A stretch of 64,000 nt of DNA. Origin: a virus. Below, piece by piece: positions 62,655 through 64,000 of the stretch (its first letter is position 1; each line of letters starts with the position of its first letter). The notes beneath the pieces were generated by a model. The model worked only from the letters and a program-made list of their open reading frames with translations. It was not told the origin of the DNA and searched no databases. The stretch is from the IMG/VR virus record IMGVR_UViG_3300012153_000001, positions 1 through 64,000 of that record; one strand, 5' to 3'. A program made the translations under genes and the position numbers.

Positions 62655-62840
62655 ATGAAGAAACGCTTAACAAATCCGCTGTTTATCGCGGCGGCCGTAG
62701 GGCTTGCGTATCAGGTACTAGAAAAGTACGGAGTTGCACCGGATTTCGGTACGTGGCAGGTTGGCGTTGACCTCGTGACGTACGCGTTGATCGGAAGCGG
62801 TGTGTATTCTACGTTTAAAAAGACGGAGCCAGCGGAATAA
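62655..62840 (+). CDS. Holin
   Basis: 61 aa, two TM segments, charged C-terminus. Adjacent to the endolysin. Confidence 0.7.
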   Translation: MKKRLTNPLFIAAAVGLAYQVLEKYGVAPDFGTWQVGVDLVTYALIGSGVYSTFKKTEPAE

Positions 62841-62846
62841 AACTGC

Positions 62847-62898
62847 GACCTACTTGCGGAGGACTACGTATTGTATCGTAGGTAGGTCTTTCCTTTTT
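62847..62898 (+). terminator. Long imperfect hairpin plus T run
   Basis: GACCTAC...GTAGGTC followed by TTTCCTTTTT. Confidence 0.55.
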
Positions 62899-62967
62899 AT
62901 ATAATTCGATGGTACTATTTGAATATACATAATTATCGGAGCAATTAAGTACATGGAGGTGTCGCGC

Positions 62968-63264
62968 ATGACTACGATTGACATTACTATCGTTCAAAAA
63001 ATCGAAAGCACATCCGGCTTATCTACGCAACTTGTCCGTACATATGAGACGGGCATGATGCCGCAAGTAGGCCATAAAGTTCGGGATCACTCGTTTGGAG
63101 ACGCCGGCCACCGCGTTATTGAGGATGTTGTAATCGATTACGAGTCGGGAGATTGTTACGTGTACCTGCCGGTCGTAACTTTAGATGGCGCAGGGAAAGA
63201 AGATATACGCGATCAAGCGAACGAGTATATGCGGCACGGATGGGAATGGCCGCGCCCTTTATAA
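62968..63264 (+). CDS. Hypothetical protein (post-lysis moron)
   Basis: ATG 62968 follows GGAGGTG. Bracketed by its own terminators. Confidence 0.6.
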   Translation: MTTIDITIVQKIESTSGLSTQLVRTYETGMMPQVGHKVRDHSFGDAGHRVIEDVVIDYESGDCYVYLPVVTLDGAGKEDIRDQANEYMRHGWEWPRPL

Positions 63265-63275
63265 TACGAACATCT

Positions 63276-63308
63276 AGCGCTCATCTCTTCGGAGGTGGGC
63301 GCTTTTTC
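63276..63308 (+). terminator. Rho-independent terminator
   Basis: AGCGCTCATCTC-TTCG-GAGGTGGGCGCT followed by TTTTT. Confidence 0.65.
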
Positions 63309-63313
63309 TGCGT

Positions 63314-63712
63314 TTATAGACCGCGCATCCGCTCCGGCAACGTCGGGTCCACGTACTTATCCGTATTCAATCCGAGATACTTCCGCATAACCACGCTCGC
63401 CTGCGGAGCCATTGATGACCAACGCAGCCTCATCTCCGATTCATATCCGCGACATTTATAGCGCGCCACTACACCGTCATTATCCGCTACCTCTTCGTAG
63501 ACTTTAATCCCGCGCGTCCGAAACTGTTTACGGATCTCGTATATGTCTGCGGTAATCTTCCGCTGGGCCTCCGCAATGACGTCGACGTATGGGCCCGGCG
63601 TCTTTAGCGTCGTATTGATAAGCGCGATGTCCCGTTCGAATGCGGTGAGGACGCGGGGCAGTATAATATGCGATTTGATGAGTGCGCGGTCTTCCTGCGT
63701 AATGTCGATCAT
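63314..63712 (-). CDS. Hypothetical protein (phage accessory or host flank)
   Basis: Track ORF 63314-63826. The internal ATG (MIDITQEDR...) is preferred because the upstream part is Arg/Ser-rich. Weak SD. Confidence 0.5.
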   Translation of the reverse strand: MIDITQEDRALIKSHIILPRVLTAFERDIALINTTLKTPGPYVDVIAEAQRKITADIYEIRKQFRTRGIKVYEEVADNDGVVARYKCRGYESEMRLRWSSMAPQASVVMRKYLGLNTDKYVDPTLPERMRGL

Positions 63713-63871
63713 TTTCCGTTTCAACTCCGTGTTTGGCGTTTGAGTCCGCGAGAGCGGAACGTTTGTTCTTAGTATAGCGCGGGAGGGGCGGATTATACAA
63801 TGGCTTTTGACTCGACGTCGAGTCAATGGAGAACAAAAAACGAAGGGGTCTATCTCCCTTCGTTGTGATCT

Positions 63872-63997
63872 TTACTTAAACATTTTTCTGCCGCGTTTCT
63901 TCTCGTTACCTTTATCGATCAAACTCGAGATAGGACTCGCCTTGTCGTGCTGCTCGCTCAGATCCGTTCCTGTAAATTTAGCATATACCTGTGTCAT
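63872..63997 (-). CDS. Small basic protein, possibly 5'-truncated by the window edge
   Basis: Minus-strand MTQVYAKFTGTDLSEQHDKASPISSLIDKGNEKKRGRKMFK*, followed on that strand by the hairpin AACGAAGGGAGATAGACCCCTTCGTT plus T6. Confidence 0.4.
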   Translation of the reverse strand: MTQVYAKFTGTDLSEQHDKASPISSLIDKGNEKKRGRKMFK

Positions 63998-64000
63998 ATT

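Noticed and set aside
399-63295. Shared 12-mer TCTCTTCGGAGG at 399-410 and 63284-63295 as a possible att core marking prophage ends
   Set aside because: Both copies are the loop-proximal parts of independent TTCG-tetraloop terminator hairpins. Each hairpin's outer stem is self-complementary (AACGCA/TGCGTT versus AGCGC/GCGCT), so they are not hybrid attL/attR sites. No integrase is present.
1-64000. tRNA, rRNA, CRISPR arrays, integrase/recombinase, transposase, reverse transcriptase
   Set aside because: By-eye scanning of the non-coding gaps found no cloverleaf-like GTTCRANYC arms or regularly spaced identical repeats with spacers. None of the translated ORFs shows recombinase, transposase or RT motifs. 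A computational tRNAscan/CRISPR scan was not possible.

Overview
Positions ~430-63300 are a tightly packed, almost entirely plus-strand genome of a contractile-tailed dsDNA phage or prophage. Nearly every gene has a GGAGG-type Shine-Dalgarno (SD) site. The host is probably an endospore-forming Bacillota; this is inferred from the spo0A 3' end at the left edge and from an endolysin with a copper-amine-oxidase-like wall-binding domain. Gene order: (1) early/replication module: HTH-HNH protein, wHTH proteins, YpsA/SLOG-like protein, DnaC/DnaI-like loader, DnaB-like helicase, Toprim primase, Xre repressor divergent from a sigma-70-like factor, SSB-like protein, PD-(D/E)XK nucleases, a split family-A DNA polymerase, RNA ligase, DnaQ-like exonuclease, RuvC-like resolvase. 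(2) Nucleotide metabolism: nrdI-nrdE-nrdF, dut, thyX, dNMP-kinase-like protein, C5 DNA methyltransferase. (3) A sigma region-4-only late regulator. (4) An Xre-switch-controlled accessory island with an ATP-dependent DNA ligase and a Rep-like wHTH protein. (5) A ~0.6 kb non-coding packaging region, then HNH, terS and terL. (6) Head genes interrupted by a three-gene insertion that includes a 759-aa glycoside-hydrolase-like protein. (7) A PBSX-like (XkdK to XkdX order) tail module. (8) A lysis cassette. I saw no integrase, tRNA, rRNA or CRISPR array. Most noteworthy: (a) polA is split exactly between the TGR-SS and PNLQNIP-equivalent motifs by an AT-richer 109-aa ORF of unknown function. (b) Three dispersed paralogous genes carry six copies of a ~65-aa Y(R/H)EVKRKAxVGERIKIV...EYVVLEP module. 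(c) At least five genes seem to require AUA/AUU/AUC initiation. (d) A 36-bp element is repeated three times in front of early operons, next to a phage sigma factor. (e) A spo0A fragment, a TAAAC repeat array and perfect 0A boxes lie in a candidate origin. (f) A repeat-rich cos-like region has 20-bp direct repeats bracketing the HNH gene. All functional calls come from reading motifs by eye; no database search was possible.
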